From the NCBI GenBank assembly GCA_040754255.1, contig JBFMDA010000001.1, positions 2,535-66,534 of the forward strand: a DNA stretch of 64,000 bases. Direction: 5' to 3'. Both the position numbers and the translations under genes were made by a program. This document shows positions 20,567-29,465 of this stretch, one piece after another (position 1 is the first letter of the stretch; each line of letters starts with the position of its first letter). The notes under the pieces are model-generated. The model had not been told where the DNA came from. It worked only from the letters and a program-made list of their open reading frames with translations, and made no database searches. This DNA comes from Candidatus Omnitrophota bacterium (GTDB lineage Bacteria > Omnitrophota > Gorgyraeia > Gygaellales > Profunditerraquicolaceae).

Positions 20567-22276
20567 ATGTTAAACCTGACAATCGCCGAAACCTTCAGGA
20601 ATATATCCCAACTGCTTGAAATACGCCAAGACAACCCTTTCCGCATAAGGGCATATGCACGGGCAGCGCAGGCCATCGAGGGGCTCAACGAAGACATCGA
20701 AACCGCCGCACAACAAGATACACTCAGGGAAATCCCCGGCATCGGAGAAGACCTGGAAAGAAAAATCAAAGAATTCATTTCAACGGGGAAAATCAGGGCC
20801 TACGAAGAATTAAAGAAAACATTCCCTGACGGCCTGCTTGAGTTGTTGCGTATCCCTTCAGTAGGGCCGAAGACCGCCAAACTGCTTTACGATGAGCTGC
20901 ATATACACAACGTTGCCGGTTTGGAGTCAGCCATCGCCAAAGGCAAGCTAAAAGGCATATTCGGCATCAAGGAAAAGACCATTGAGAACATCGCTTCTGG
21001 CATAAGGCTCCTTAAGGCCGGTAAAGAACGAATGCCGCTTTCGGTTGCCTGGCAGGCCGCGGAAAGTTTCTTAAAACCGCTTCATGGCTTACCGGGTGTT
21101 AAAAAAATTTCCTGCGCCGGCTCCCTGCGGCGCCAGAGAGAGACAATCAGGGATATAGATATTCTCCTCGCTTCTGAAGCCCCAAAAAAAATCATACGGT
21201 ATTTCACAGGCCTGCCTCAGGTAAAAGAAATTATTGCTTCCGGCAGCACAAAATCATCGGTACGCACGGCCGACGGCATCCAGGTTGATTGCCGCGCCGT
21301 CGTAGGGAAATCATTCGGGGCAGCGCTGCTTTATTTTACAGGCTCAAAAAATTTCAATATCAAATTAAGGCAGATTGCGATACAGAAAGGCTTAAAAATC
21401 AATGAGTACGGCGTATTCAGGGGAAACTCTTTTGTTGCGGGAAGGACGGAAGCTGAAATTTTCAAACTGCTGGGAATGGAATATATTGAGCCGGAGCTAA
21501 GGGAGGATACCGGCGAAATAGCGCTTGCGCAAAAAGGTACACTCCCGAAATTGATAACGCAGGATGATTTAAAGGGGGATTTGCATACGCACTCAAGCTG
21601 GTCTGACGGCAATAACACCATACAAGAGATGGCCCTTGCCGCGGCAAAGCTCGGTTACTCCTATATCGCCATAACAGACCATTCGCAGGGGCTTAAGATT
21701 GCCAACGGCCTTTCCGTAAAAGACCTTTTAAAAAAAAGAAAAGAAATCGAAAAGGTGAATACTGCATTGCGCCGGTGCAGGGTCCTTTACGGGACAGAGG
21801 TCGATATAGACTCACAGGGAAGGCTCGATTATTCCAACGAGACACTCAAGGAATTTGATATTGTCATCGCAGCGATTCACAGCGGTTTTAAACAGTCAAA
21901 AGAGAAGCTTACCCGCAGGATACTGAAAGCCTGCGATAACAAATACGTCAATATTATTTCTCATCCCACCGGCAGGCTCTGGGGGACGCGCGACGCCTAT
22001 GAAATAGATTTTGACGCGGTTCTAACGCGCGCCAAAGAAACCAACACCGCCCTTGAGATCAATTCTTATCCTCTGCGCCTTGACTTAAACGACCTCCATT
22101 GCCGCCGCGCAAAGGAACAGGGAGTAAAGCTGGTGATTAATACCGATTCTCACTCGCTTGAGCATCTCCGCGCAGCTAGATTCGGTGTTGCAGTTGCGCG
22201 CAGAGGGTGGCTTACTGCAAAAGATGTGCTCAATACGTTGCCCCTTGACGCCCTATTGAAAGCGATAAAAAAATGA
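20567..22276 (+). CDS. polX: DNA polymerase X with PHP domain
   Basis: NPFRIRAY, GSLRR..TIRDIDIL, YFTGSK, GDLHTHSSWSDG, TDHS, NTDSH. Confidence 0.95.
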   Translation: MLNLTIAETFRNISQLLEIRQDNPFRIRAYARAAQAIEGLNEDIETAAQQDTLREIPGIGEDLERKIKEFISTGKIRAYEELKKTFPDGLLELLRIPSVGPKTAKLLYDELHIHNVAGLESAIAKGKLKGIFGIKEKTIENIASGIRLLKAGKERMPLSVAWQAAESFLKPLHGLPGVKKISCAGSLRRQRETIRDIDILLASEAPKKIIRYFTGLPQVKEIIASGSTKSSVRTADGIQVDCRAVVGKSFGAALLYFTGSKNFNIKLRQIAIQKGLKINEYGVFRGNSFVAGRTEAEIFKLLGMEYIEPELREDTGEIALAQKGTLPKLITQDDLKGDLHTHSSWSDGNNTIQEMALAAAKLGYSYIAITDHSQGLKIANGLSVKDLLKKRKEIEKVNTALRRCRVLYGTEVDIDSQGRLDYSNETLKEFDIVIAAIHSGFKQSKEKLTRRILKACDNKYVNIISHPTGRLWGTRDAYEIDFDAVLTRAKETNTALEINSYPLRLDLNDLHCRRAKEQGVKLVINTDSHSLEHLRAARFGVAVARRGWLTAKDVLNTLPLDALLKAIKK

Positions 22277-23331
22277 AACAGCCTATTCGTTCCGTATTGC
22301 GTATTGCGTATCGCGTATCGCGTTATGCGTCCAGCGTTATGCGCAGGGCGTCTTGCGCATTGCGCAAAAGACCACGCGGAAAACCGGCTACCTCAGCCTT
22401 AACCTTAGCCTTCTGTTCATCGCTAGTTATTCTATGCGGTTGTCAGCCCCGGCACCTATACAGGGAAACCCGCGTCATGATGGGGACGTTTATCGAGGTA
22501 ATTTCACCGGATGAGCGCTCGTCTGCTATTGCCTTTGAAGAAATAAAACGGATCGAGTCCCTCTTAAGCAAATACGACGAACACAGCGAAATATACAGGC
22601 TCAACAAAAACGGCAAAATAACTGCAAGCCCGGAAACATGGTATATAATGCAAAGGGCCAGGGAATTCTGGAAAAACTCAAACGGCGCATTCGATATAAC
22701 CGTAGGCCCCCTGATGAATGCCTGGGGGTTTACCGACAAGCGATATACGGTCCCCAAGAAACAGGAAATTAAGAAGGCATTAAGGCTTGTAGGAATGGAT
22801 AAAATTATTTTTCATAAAAACAATAATGTGATAGAATTTAGTATTCGCGGCATGTCGGTTGACTTAGGCGCTATCGCCAAAGGTTTTGCTATTGATTCCG
22901 CTATTAAAAAAATAAAGGCTGCGGGCGTAAAAAATTGCTTGATTAATGCAGGCGGAGATATATATTGTGTAGGTAAGAAATTCGGCAGGCCCTGGAAAGT
23001 GGCAGTGCAGAATCCTCGAGGAAGAAGTTTTTTGAGCACCTTGCGCCTGGAAGACAGCGCCATAGCCACTTCGGGGGATTATGAGCAGTATTTTAAGAAT
23101 AAGGAGGAAGTTTTTTCTCACATATTTGACCCCACAACAGGGGCTCCTGCGCAGGCCGGAATAACTTCAGTGACGGTTATTGCACAAGACTGCCTTACTG
23201 CAGATGCGTTGGCTACTTCCGTATTTGTGTTAGGCAGGGAAAAGGGGACAGAGATGATAAAAAAATACCCTCCCGCGAAAGCCTGCATCGTAGAGAGCAA
23301 TAACGAAGGAGAATTGGTAACTGTGCCATGA
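22273..23331 (+). CDS. apbE: FAD:protein FMN transferase lipoprotein with repeat-derived N-terminal insertion
   Basis: MGT, GAFDITVGP, DLGAIAKG, ATSGDYE, HIFDP, ADALAT; lipobox LCGC displaced to residue 57. Confidence 0.92.
   Translation: MKQPIRSVLRIAYRVSRYASSVMRRASCALRKRPRGKPATSALTLAFCSSLVILCGCQPRHLYRETRVMMGTFIEVISPDERSSAIAFEEIKRIESLLSKYDEHSEIYRLNKNGKITASPETWYIMQRAREFWKNSNGAFDITVGPLMNAWGFTDKRYTVPKKQEIKKALRLVGMDKIIFHKNNNVIEFSIRGMSVDLGAIAKGFAIDSAIKKIKAAGVKNCLINAGGDIYCVGKKFGRPWKVAVQNPRGRSFLSTLRLEDSAIATSGDYEQYFKNKEEVFSHIFDPTTGAPAQAGITSVTVIAQDCLTADALATSVFVLGREKGTEMIKKYPPAKACIVESNNEGELVTVP
22286..22412. repeat. Heptamer + hexamer element in frame inside the apbE signal region
   Basis: TTCGTT start, cgtattg/cgtatcg units, cgcggaaaacc (also in 34090-34217), CCT hexamers. 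Confidence 0.8.
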
Positions 23332-24731
23332 AAAACGGTATGAAAAAAAGCAATGTCGACATATTTGCGTTGTTCCTTCCGGAAATAAAGCAACTGCTTT
23401 CCAAGAAGGACTTCAACGGCCTTAAGCTGGTACTTAAAACAATGCGCTCCATTGACCTGGCTGAAGGGTGGCGGCACCTTGAGGCAAATGACAAGATCCT
23501 GGTCTTTAAGCTCTTGAGTTCCAGGAAAGCCATAGAGGTATTTGAAGCCCTTCCGTTTTCCGAACAGTCATTCATTTTAAACAACCTCAATAACGCGGAG
23601 ATTTCACAGATTATTAACGAAATGTCTCCTGACGAAAGAGCCGACCTTTTCAAGGAGCTGCCTGATAAGGCGTCAAAAAAATTATTCAACCTGGTCAATA
23701 AAGAAGAGGCACAGGACTTGCGTGAATTACTGGTGTATCCCGAGGGGACTGCGGGCAGTTTGATGACCACAGACATGGTCGAATTGAAAAAAGATATGAC
23801 TGCCAGGCAAGCTATCCTCTCTATCCAGGAAAACCTGAGGACTGAATACGCAAGCGACATCTATTCCGTATTTGTAACTGACGAAGGCCATAAACTAAGA
23901 GGCTGTATCGCGCTGCAGGATTTATTAAAGGCTCCTCCTGATATTGCAATAAAAGAGATTATGCAAAGCGCCGACCTGATCAAAGTGAACGCCGATACCG
24001 ATATTATTGAAGTTGCGCGCTATTTCAAAAAATATGACCTGCTCGATGCGCCCGTAGTTGATACCAACGACGTCCTGGTAGGGCTTATTACCATTGATGA
24101 CGTAGTCGATATCATGGAAAAGGAAACTACCAAGGATATATACGAAATCGGCAAGATGGATGCCAAGGGCGGCCAGATTATCAGTTATGCGCGAGCCACC
24201 ACCGCTGAATTGGTAAAAAGGCGGGCAGGATGGCTGATACTGCTGTTGATTTTCGATTTCATGACCGGTACAGTGTTAAAGTCATTTGAACATACGTTAA
24301 GCTCTGTCGTAGCCTTGGCATTTTTTATCCCTATGTTATTGGACACCGGCGGAAATGCCGGGGCACAGACTTCAATCACGATTATAAGGGGGTTAGCGAC
24401 TGGTGATGTGAATTTCAAGAATGTGTTTAAGGTTATCAAGCTTGAGTTTAGCGCAGCCATCCTGATGGGCCTGGTCGTAGGGACTGTCGCCTTCGGCAGG
24501 GCATTCCTGCTGCAAAAAGACTTTGCGCTTTCCATAGTCGTCGGCTTAAGCATGCTTTTCATCGCCATACTCGCTATCGCCACAGGGACATTTCTTCCGC
24601 TTTTTTCCAAAAAAGTCGGCCTCGACCCTGCGGTTCTGGCAGGCCCGATTACCACAAGCGTGGTTGATGTGTGCGGGTTAATAATTTATTTCAAAATAGC
24701 CCAGATGTTTATTCCTGCGCTGCACTTCTAG
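23328..24731 (+). CDS. mgtE: Magnesium transporter MgtE
   Basis: N domain, CBS pair (YPEGTAGSLMT), GGNAGAQ, LDPAVLAGPITTSVVD. Confidence 0.95.
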   Translation: MKNGMKKSNVDIFALFLPEIKQLLSKKDFNGLKLVLKTMRSIDLAEGWRHLEANDKILVFKLLSSRKAIEVFEALPFSEQSFILNNLNNAEISQIINEMSPDERADLFKELPDKASKKLFNLVNKEEAQDLRELLVYPEGTAGSLMTTDMVELKKDMTARQAILSIQENLRTEYASDIYSVFVTDEGHKLRGCIALQDLLKAPPDIAIKEIMQSADLIKVNADTDIIEVARYFKKYDLLDAPVVDTNDVLVGLITIDDVVDIMEKETTKDIYEIGKMDAKGGQIISYARATTAELVKRRAGWLILLLIFDFMTGTVLKSFEHTLSSVVALAFFIPMLLDTGGNAGAQTSITIIRGLATGDVNFKNVFKVIKLEFSAAILMGLVVGTVAFGRAFLLQKDFALSIVVGLSMLFIAILAIATGTFLPLFSKKVGLDPAVLAGPITTSVVDVCGLIIYFKIAQMFIPALHF

Positions 24732-24753
24732 CTTCACGAAACCATCCTTTATC

Positions 24754-25593
24754 ATGAAGTTGACAATTAAAGAAATCCGGAATAAAAAGAACGATAAAGA
24801 AAAAATCGCCTGCCTCACCGCGTATGATTTTCCGTTCGCCAGCCTGGTGGATCAGGCAGGCATCGATATAATCATTGTGGGCGATTCCCTTGCCAATGTG
24901 GTGCTTGGGCTTGAGTCAACCAAAGACATAGGGATAGAAGAAGTACTCTATCACACCAAAGCAGTCACCCGCGCCGCTACGCGTGCGCTGGTAATCGCTG
25001 ACATGCCTTTCTCGGCATACCAGACCGAACCGGATAAGGCGCAAGGAAACGCCAAACGGCTGACAGAAGAAGGGGGCTGCGATGCGGTTAAGGTAGAGTG
25101 GTTTGACCTCTGCATCAATGTGACACGAGCAATTATCAATTCAGGCATTCCGGTAATGGGCCATATCGGCCTTACCCCCCAGACTGCGGATAAAATCGGC
25201 GGATTTAAAGTGCAAGGCAAAGACGCTGAGCGCGCAACAGAGCTCCTTACACAGGCAAAGCTCTTTGAAGAGGCCGGCTGTTTTTCGATTGTGCTTGAAT
25301 GTGTCCCCGATAAAATCGCAGGGCTCATCACGGAAAAACTCTCTATTCCTACTATCGGTATCGGTGCAGGGCCCCATTGCGACGGCCAGGTCCTGGTGCT
25401 GCATGATATACTCGGGTTATCAAAAGGTTCAAAATTTAAATTCGTCAAGCAATATACTGACGTGTCAGCCGTTGTGCAGGAAGCAATCGCACGCTACAAG
25501 AACGAGGTGTTGAACGGTTCATTCCCCGATAATGCGCACAGTTTTTCGATTTCGCCCGAAGAATTTACAAAACTAAAAAACTCCTTCTTCTGA
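24754..25593 (+). CDS. panB: 3-methyl-2-oxobutanoate hydroxymethyltransferase
   Basis: LTAYD, VGDSL, ADMPF, GHIGLTPQ, GIGAG..CDGQVLV. Confidence 0.97.
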   Translation: MKLTIKEIRNKKNDKEKIACLTAYDFPFASLVDQAGIDIIIVGDSLANVVLGLESTKDIGIEEVLYHTKAVTRAATRALVIADMPFSAYQTEPDKAQGNAKRLTEEGGCDAVKVEWFDLCINVTRAIINSGIPVMGHIGLTPQTADKIGGFKVQGKDAERATELLTQAKLFEEAGCFSIVLECVPDKIAGLITEKLSIPTIGIGAGPHCDGQVLVLHDILGLSKGSKFKFVKQYTDVSAVVQEAIARYKNEVLNGSFPDNAHSFSISPEEFTKLKNSFF

Positions 25594-26318
25594 TGAAAAA
25601 GAAATACGCTAGATTTTTGCCGTGGATAGTGGTGTGGGGCGCAGCTATCCTTGTGATCACCACCTTCGGCAAGCCCTACGTGTTAAAAACCTATGTTGAA
25701 ATGGGTATCGGCACCTGCAATAAAATCCCGGTCTTATGCATTGTGCCGACAAAAGGGTTTACCAATCCTGCCGTTGACAAAAGCTATATCGCGGGGCTTG
25801 CAAGATACTCAATAGAGGAAATCGAAATCGCCCTTCCCAAAGATTTTTTCGTAATCAAAGAACAAATTTACAGGGCCTATTACAAAAAACGCAAGCGCAC
25901 CGAAAAAGACCCCGTCGCCTACCTGTTGTATCAGAAGCCGGATTTTTTCCAGTCGCTTTTCCCGCAGCTTAAGAAACTGAATCTCAGGAACAATTACGAT
26001 TTCTTAAACCGCATCCTTAACGCAAGGACTTCCGATATCAAAGACCTGCCCAGCACGCTCTTTGTGATACTGAAAAGTATTTTTACGCCCGACGTCGGAC
26101 CGGGCAGCGACATAAAAATCGCCCGGTTTAGCATGGCGGACAAAAGAGGGTTCATTACCTACAACTATACAAAAGAAGGCAATTACTTCAATTGCGATAT
26201 CGTAAACGGCAATCAGGAATTTTTCAAGGTATACCTCAAAGACAAGCAGAAAAAGCTGGATATAGATAAGGTACTTGCAATTATTTCTACGCTGCGTAGG
26301 AATAGCGAGAGAGGCTAA
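25593..26318 (+). CDS. Hypothetical protein with N-terminal TM anchor
   Basis: 241-aa ORF coupled to the panB stop; no recognised motif. Confidence 0.7.
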   Translation: MKKKYARFLPWIVVWGAAILVITTFGKPYVLKTYVEMGIGTCNKIPVLCIVPTKGFTNPAVDKSYIAGLARYSIEEIEIALPKDFFVIKEQIYRAYYKKRKRTEKDPVAYLLYQKPDFFQSLFPQLKKLNLRNNYDFLNRILNARTSDIKDLPSTLFVILKSIFTPDVGPGSDIKIARFSMADKRGFITYNYTKEGNYFNCDIVNGNQEFFKVYLKDKQKKLDIDKVLAIISTLRRNSERG

Positions 26319-26527
26319 GGTCAAGGCTAAGATTAAGGTTGAGGGGGTAAAGGTAAGGTTAATGGTTTAGTTATTGGTGTAAGGTTGTTGGTGTGCGTGT
26401 TTTTACACCATCTACCTTCCCCCATCCACCAAACCAATGACCTAACCCACCACCCACACAACAAGAGTGTTATGCGTTCCGCGGTAAAGGCCGTACGCAC
26501 TACGCTATACGCAATACGCACTACGAA
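26293..26527. repeat. Composite element, inverted copy of 19532-19778
   Basis: Reverse complement shares ttcgtagtgcgtat..gcgtacggcctttaccgcggaacgcataacactcttgttgtgtgggtg..ggttaggtcattggtttggtg; ends CTACGAA 26521-26527. Confidence 0.9.
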
Positions 26528-26595
26528 AACTATAGCGATTTTTTGTAATTTATGATAGAATACTACTTCGTGTTTATCCCTAAAAAGGAGATGCC

Positions 26596-27996
26596 ATGCT
26601 GACTCGGCACGATATACCGGAAAGAAGAAAAGACTACAGGCTCTATTCCCGTATACACGTCAAATTTGCATTCCAGAACGCCCAGGATAACGCAAAGAGG
26701 GAAAAGAATCTCCTTGCCACAAATATCAATACAGGAGGGATTTACCTGGAGAGCGAAGAGATATTTCCCCTGAATATGGAGGCAACGGTCAGTTTTCGCC
26801 TCCCTAAGAGCGAGACTACTGTCCAGGCCGCAATCAAGATCGCCCGGATTGAGGCCCTTGATGAAGGCAGGTCATTCGGCTTAGGCTGCGTATTCACCAA
26901 ACTCGACGACACGCACAAGCAGGAAATCCAGCAGCTGATCGAAAAGTTCAATATCGGCAAATTGCTGGAGTTGGCTATCAAACGAGGCGCTTCCGATCTC
27001 CACGTACTCGCAGACCATGTGCCTGTCTTGCGGGTAAACGGGGCACTGGAAGAAGTAGATGGACCAAGCCTCACCTCTGAAGAGATTCCGCAGCTACTTT
27101 TCAGCCTGATGACCAAACAACAGATAAGGCGTTTCGAAAAAGAGAAAGAGCTGGATTTCGGCATTCAATACGATGTCCGCAACCGCTTCAGGGTCAACAT
27201 ACACCAGCAACGGGGGTTCCTGGAGGCGACACTCAGGCTTATCAATACCAAGGTTTCTTCGTTCGAAGAACTCAACATTCCCGACGTCGTCAAGGACCTG
27301 GCAAGGCAAAGAGACGGCTTAATACTATTGGTAGGCCCCACAGGAAGCGGTAAAACGACCACTATGTCGGCGATGGTTGAGCTTATTAACCGGGAAAAAC
27401 GGGCGGTTATTATCACGCTTGAGCGCCCCATCGAATACGTGCATCCGAACATCAAGAGCATTATCAAACAGCGCGAAGTCGGCGTTGATACGAACTCCTT
27501 TTCCGCCGCCATCAAAAGCAGCCTCAAGCAGGACCCCAATATCATAGTCATCGGAGAGCTCGAGGATGCCGATTCAGTAAGGACCGCGCTTATCGCCGCT
27601 GAAGCCGGTTATTTAGTCATCGCATCGTTCCATTCGCCGAATACCATGCAGGCGATCGACCGGTTAGTCAGCTTTTTCCCGCTTGAGGCAAGGAAACAGG
27701 CCCTCTCGCAGCTGTCAAACTGCCTGAAGGGGATAATCTCGCACCTCTTAATACCGCGTAAAGACCGCAACGGCAGGCTTCTGGCTACCGAAATCATTGT
27801 TGCCAATGATGCGGTAAAAAGGATCATCCGCAAGGACGAGCTTTTCCAGCTGCCGACCATTATCCAGACCAGCGGCGCATACCGCATGCAGTCAATGGCA
27901 GACTCGATACGAAGGTACCTTGAAATGGATATTATTGATTCCGAAGCAGCGATGTTTTATTCGGAAGAATTCAATAAATACGGGCAGACAAAATAA
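26596..27996 (+). CDS. PilZ domain fused to a PilT/PilU-family ATPase with altered catalytic motifs
   Basis: ERRKDYR/NINTGG PilZ; ASDLH, RFRVN, GPTGSGKTTT, QREVG; GGAG RBS. Confidence 0.88.
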   Translation: MLTRHDIPERRKDYRLYSRIHVKFAFQNAQDNAKREKNLLATNINTGGIYLESEEIFPLNMEATVSFRLPKSETTVQAAIKIARIEALDEGRSFGLGCVFTKLDDTHKQEIQQLIEKFNIGKLLELAIKRGASDLHVLADHVPVLRVNGALEEVDGPSLTSEEIPQLLFSLMTKQQIRRFEKEKELDFGIQYDVRNRFRVNIHQQRGFLEATLRLINTKVSSFEELNIPDVVKDLARQRDGLILLVGPTGSGKTTTMSAMVELINREKRAVIITLERPIEYVHPNIKSIIKQREVGVDTNSFSAAIKSSLKQDPNIIVIGELEDADSVRTALIAAEAGYLVIASFHSPNTMQAIDRLVSFFPLEARKQALSQLSNCLKGIISHLLIPRKDRNGRLLATEIIVANDAVKRIIRKDELFQLPTIIQTSGAYRMQSMADSIRRYLEMDIIDSEAAMFYSEEFNKYGQTK

Positions 27997-27997
27997 T

Positions 27998-29302
27998 ATG
28001 GCTGATGTAATGGATAAGATTGTTTCACTGTGCAAGCGCCGGGGATTTATCTTTCAGGGAAGCGACATCTACGGCGGGCTCGCCAATACCTGGGATTACG
28101 GCCCTTACGGTGTTGAGCTTAAGAACAACGTAAAGCGTGCCTGGTGGAAGGCAAACGTGTATGAGCGCGACGACATATTGGGCATGGACGCCTCAATCCT
28201 TATGCATCCGAAGGTCTGGGAAGCGTCCGGCCACGTGAAGAACTTTTTTGACCTCAAGCGCGACTGTAAATCCTGCAAAAAAAGGTTCAAGGACGCTGAC
28301 CTTAAGAATAAAAACAAGTGCCCCGAATGTGGGGGAGAGCTTACCGAAAGCAGGCCTTTTAACCTGATGTTTGAAACGCACGCAGGCGCAGTATCTGATG
28401 AAGCAAGCCTTATTTACTTAAGGCCGGAAACCGCGCAGGGGATGTTTGTTAATTTCTTAAATATCCTTGATTCCAGGCACCCGAAACTGCCATTCGGCCT
28501 GGCACAGATAGGGAAGGCATTTCGCAACGAAATCACGCCCGGCAACCTCACTTTTAGGACGCGGGAATTCGAACAGATGGAGATAGAGTATTTCGTAAGG
28601 CCTGAGGATGCGGATAAAAAACTACAAGAATGGATTGAACTGCATTTTGAATGGTACTTAAACTACGGAATTAAAAAGGAGAACTTAAGGAAACGGCCGC
28701 ATGGCCCTGAGGAGCTGGCACATTACGCAAGAGCGTGCACTGATATCGAATACAATTTTCCGTTCGGCTGGTCCGAGCTTGAAGGGATTGCCAACCGCAC
28801 TGATTTTGATTTAAAACAACATGCCGAATCCAGCGGCCAGGATTTGAGGTATTTTGACGATAAGGCCAAGGAACGTTTTTATCCCTACATCATTGAGCCT
28901 TCCGGCGGCGTTGACAGGACAGTGCTGGCATTTTTAGTCGATGCCTATCACGAAGAACAGGTCAAAGATGACACACGCGTAGTGCTTGCGCTGGATAAAG
29001 GCCTTGCCCCCGTAAAAGCGGCAGTGCTGCCCCTTTTAAAAAACAGGCCCGAGATCGTCGAGTTGGCGCGCGCAATCTCCAAAGACCTGAAACAACATAT
29101 GGTTGCGGTGTATGACGATACTGCTGCCATAGGAAAGCTCTACCGCCGGCAGGACGAAGTGGGAACACCATTCTGTGTCACGATAGACGTGCAGTCTCTT
29201 GAAGACAAAAAGGCCACTGTCCGCGACCGCGATTCGATGCAGCAGGAGCGGATCAGCGCAGATTCGTTAAAAGACTACTTGTTACAGAAACTGAACGGAT
29301 AG
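27998..29302 (+). CDS. glyQS: Glycine-tRNA ligase (alpha2 type)
   Basis: IYGG, DYGPYG, LRPETAQG, FRTREFEQME, IGKLYRRQDEVG; start at MADVMDK. Confidence 0.96.
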   Translation: MADVMDKIVSLCKRRGFIFQGSDIYGGLANTWDYGPYGVELKNNVKRAWWKANVYERDDILGMDASILMHPKVWEASGHVKNFFDLKRDCKSCKKRFKDADLKNKNKCPECGGELTESRPFNLMFETHAGAVSDEASLIYLRPETAQGMFVNFLNILDSRHPKLPFGLAQIGKAFRNEITPGNLTFRTREFEQMEIEYFVRPEDADKKLQEWIELHFEWYLNYGIKKENLRKRPHGPEELAHYARACTDIEYNFPFGWSELEGIANRTDFDLKQHAESSGQDLRYFDDKAKERFYPYIIEPSGGVDRTVLAFLVDAYHEEQVKDDTRVVLALDKGLAPVKAAVLPLLKNRPEIVELARAISKDLKQHMVAVYDDTAAIGKLYRRQDEVGTPFCVTIDVQSLEDKKATVRDRDSMQQERISADSLKDYLLQKLNG

Positions 29303-29447
29303 TAGTTGAAATTAAGGTTAAGGGGCAAAGGTAAGGTTGATGGTTTAGTTATTGGAGTAAGGTTGTTGGTGTTTTTACACCATCTACCTTACCCATTCAC
29401 CACACCAATAACCTAACCCTCACCAAATACTCTATACACAATACGAA
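29303..29447. repeat. Composite element (palindromic core) ending TACGAA before the ppdK RBS
   Basis: Core aaaggtaaggttgatggtttagttattgg...ttttacaccatctacctt...ccaataacctaaccc nearly identical to 26348-26448. Confidence 0.88.
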
Positions 29448-29465
29448 AGGAAGGGCTAACGAGCA

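Noticed and set aside
26333-26521. 62-aa minus-strand ORF
   Set aside because: Lies wholly within the repeat element; no RBS or protein features.
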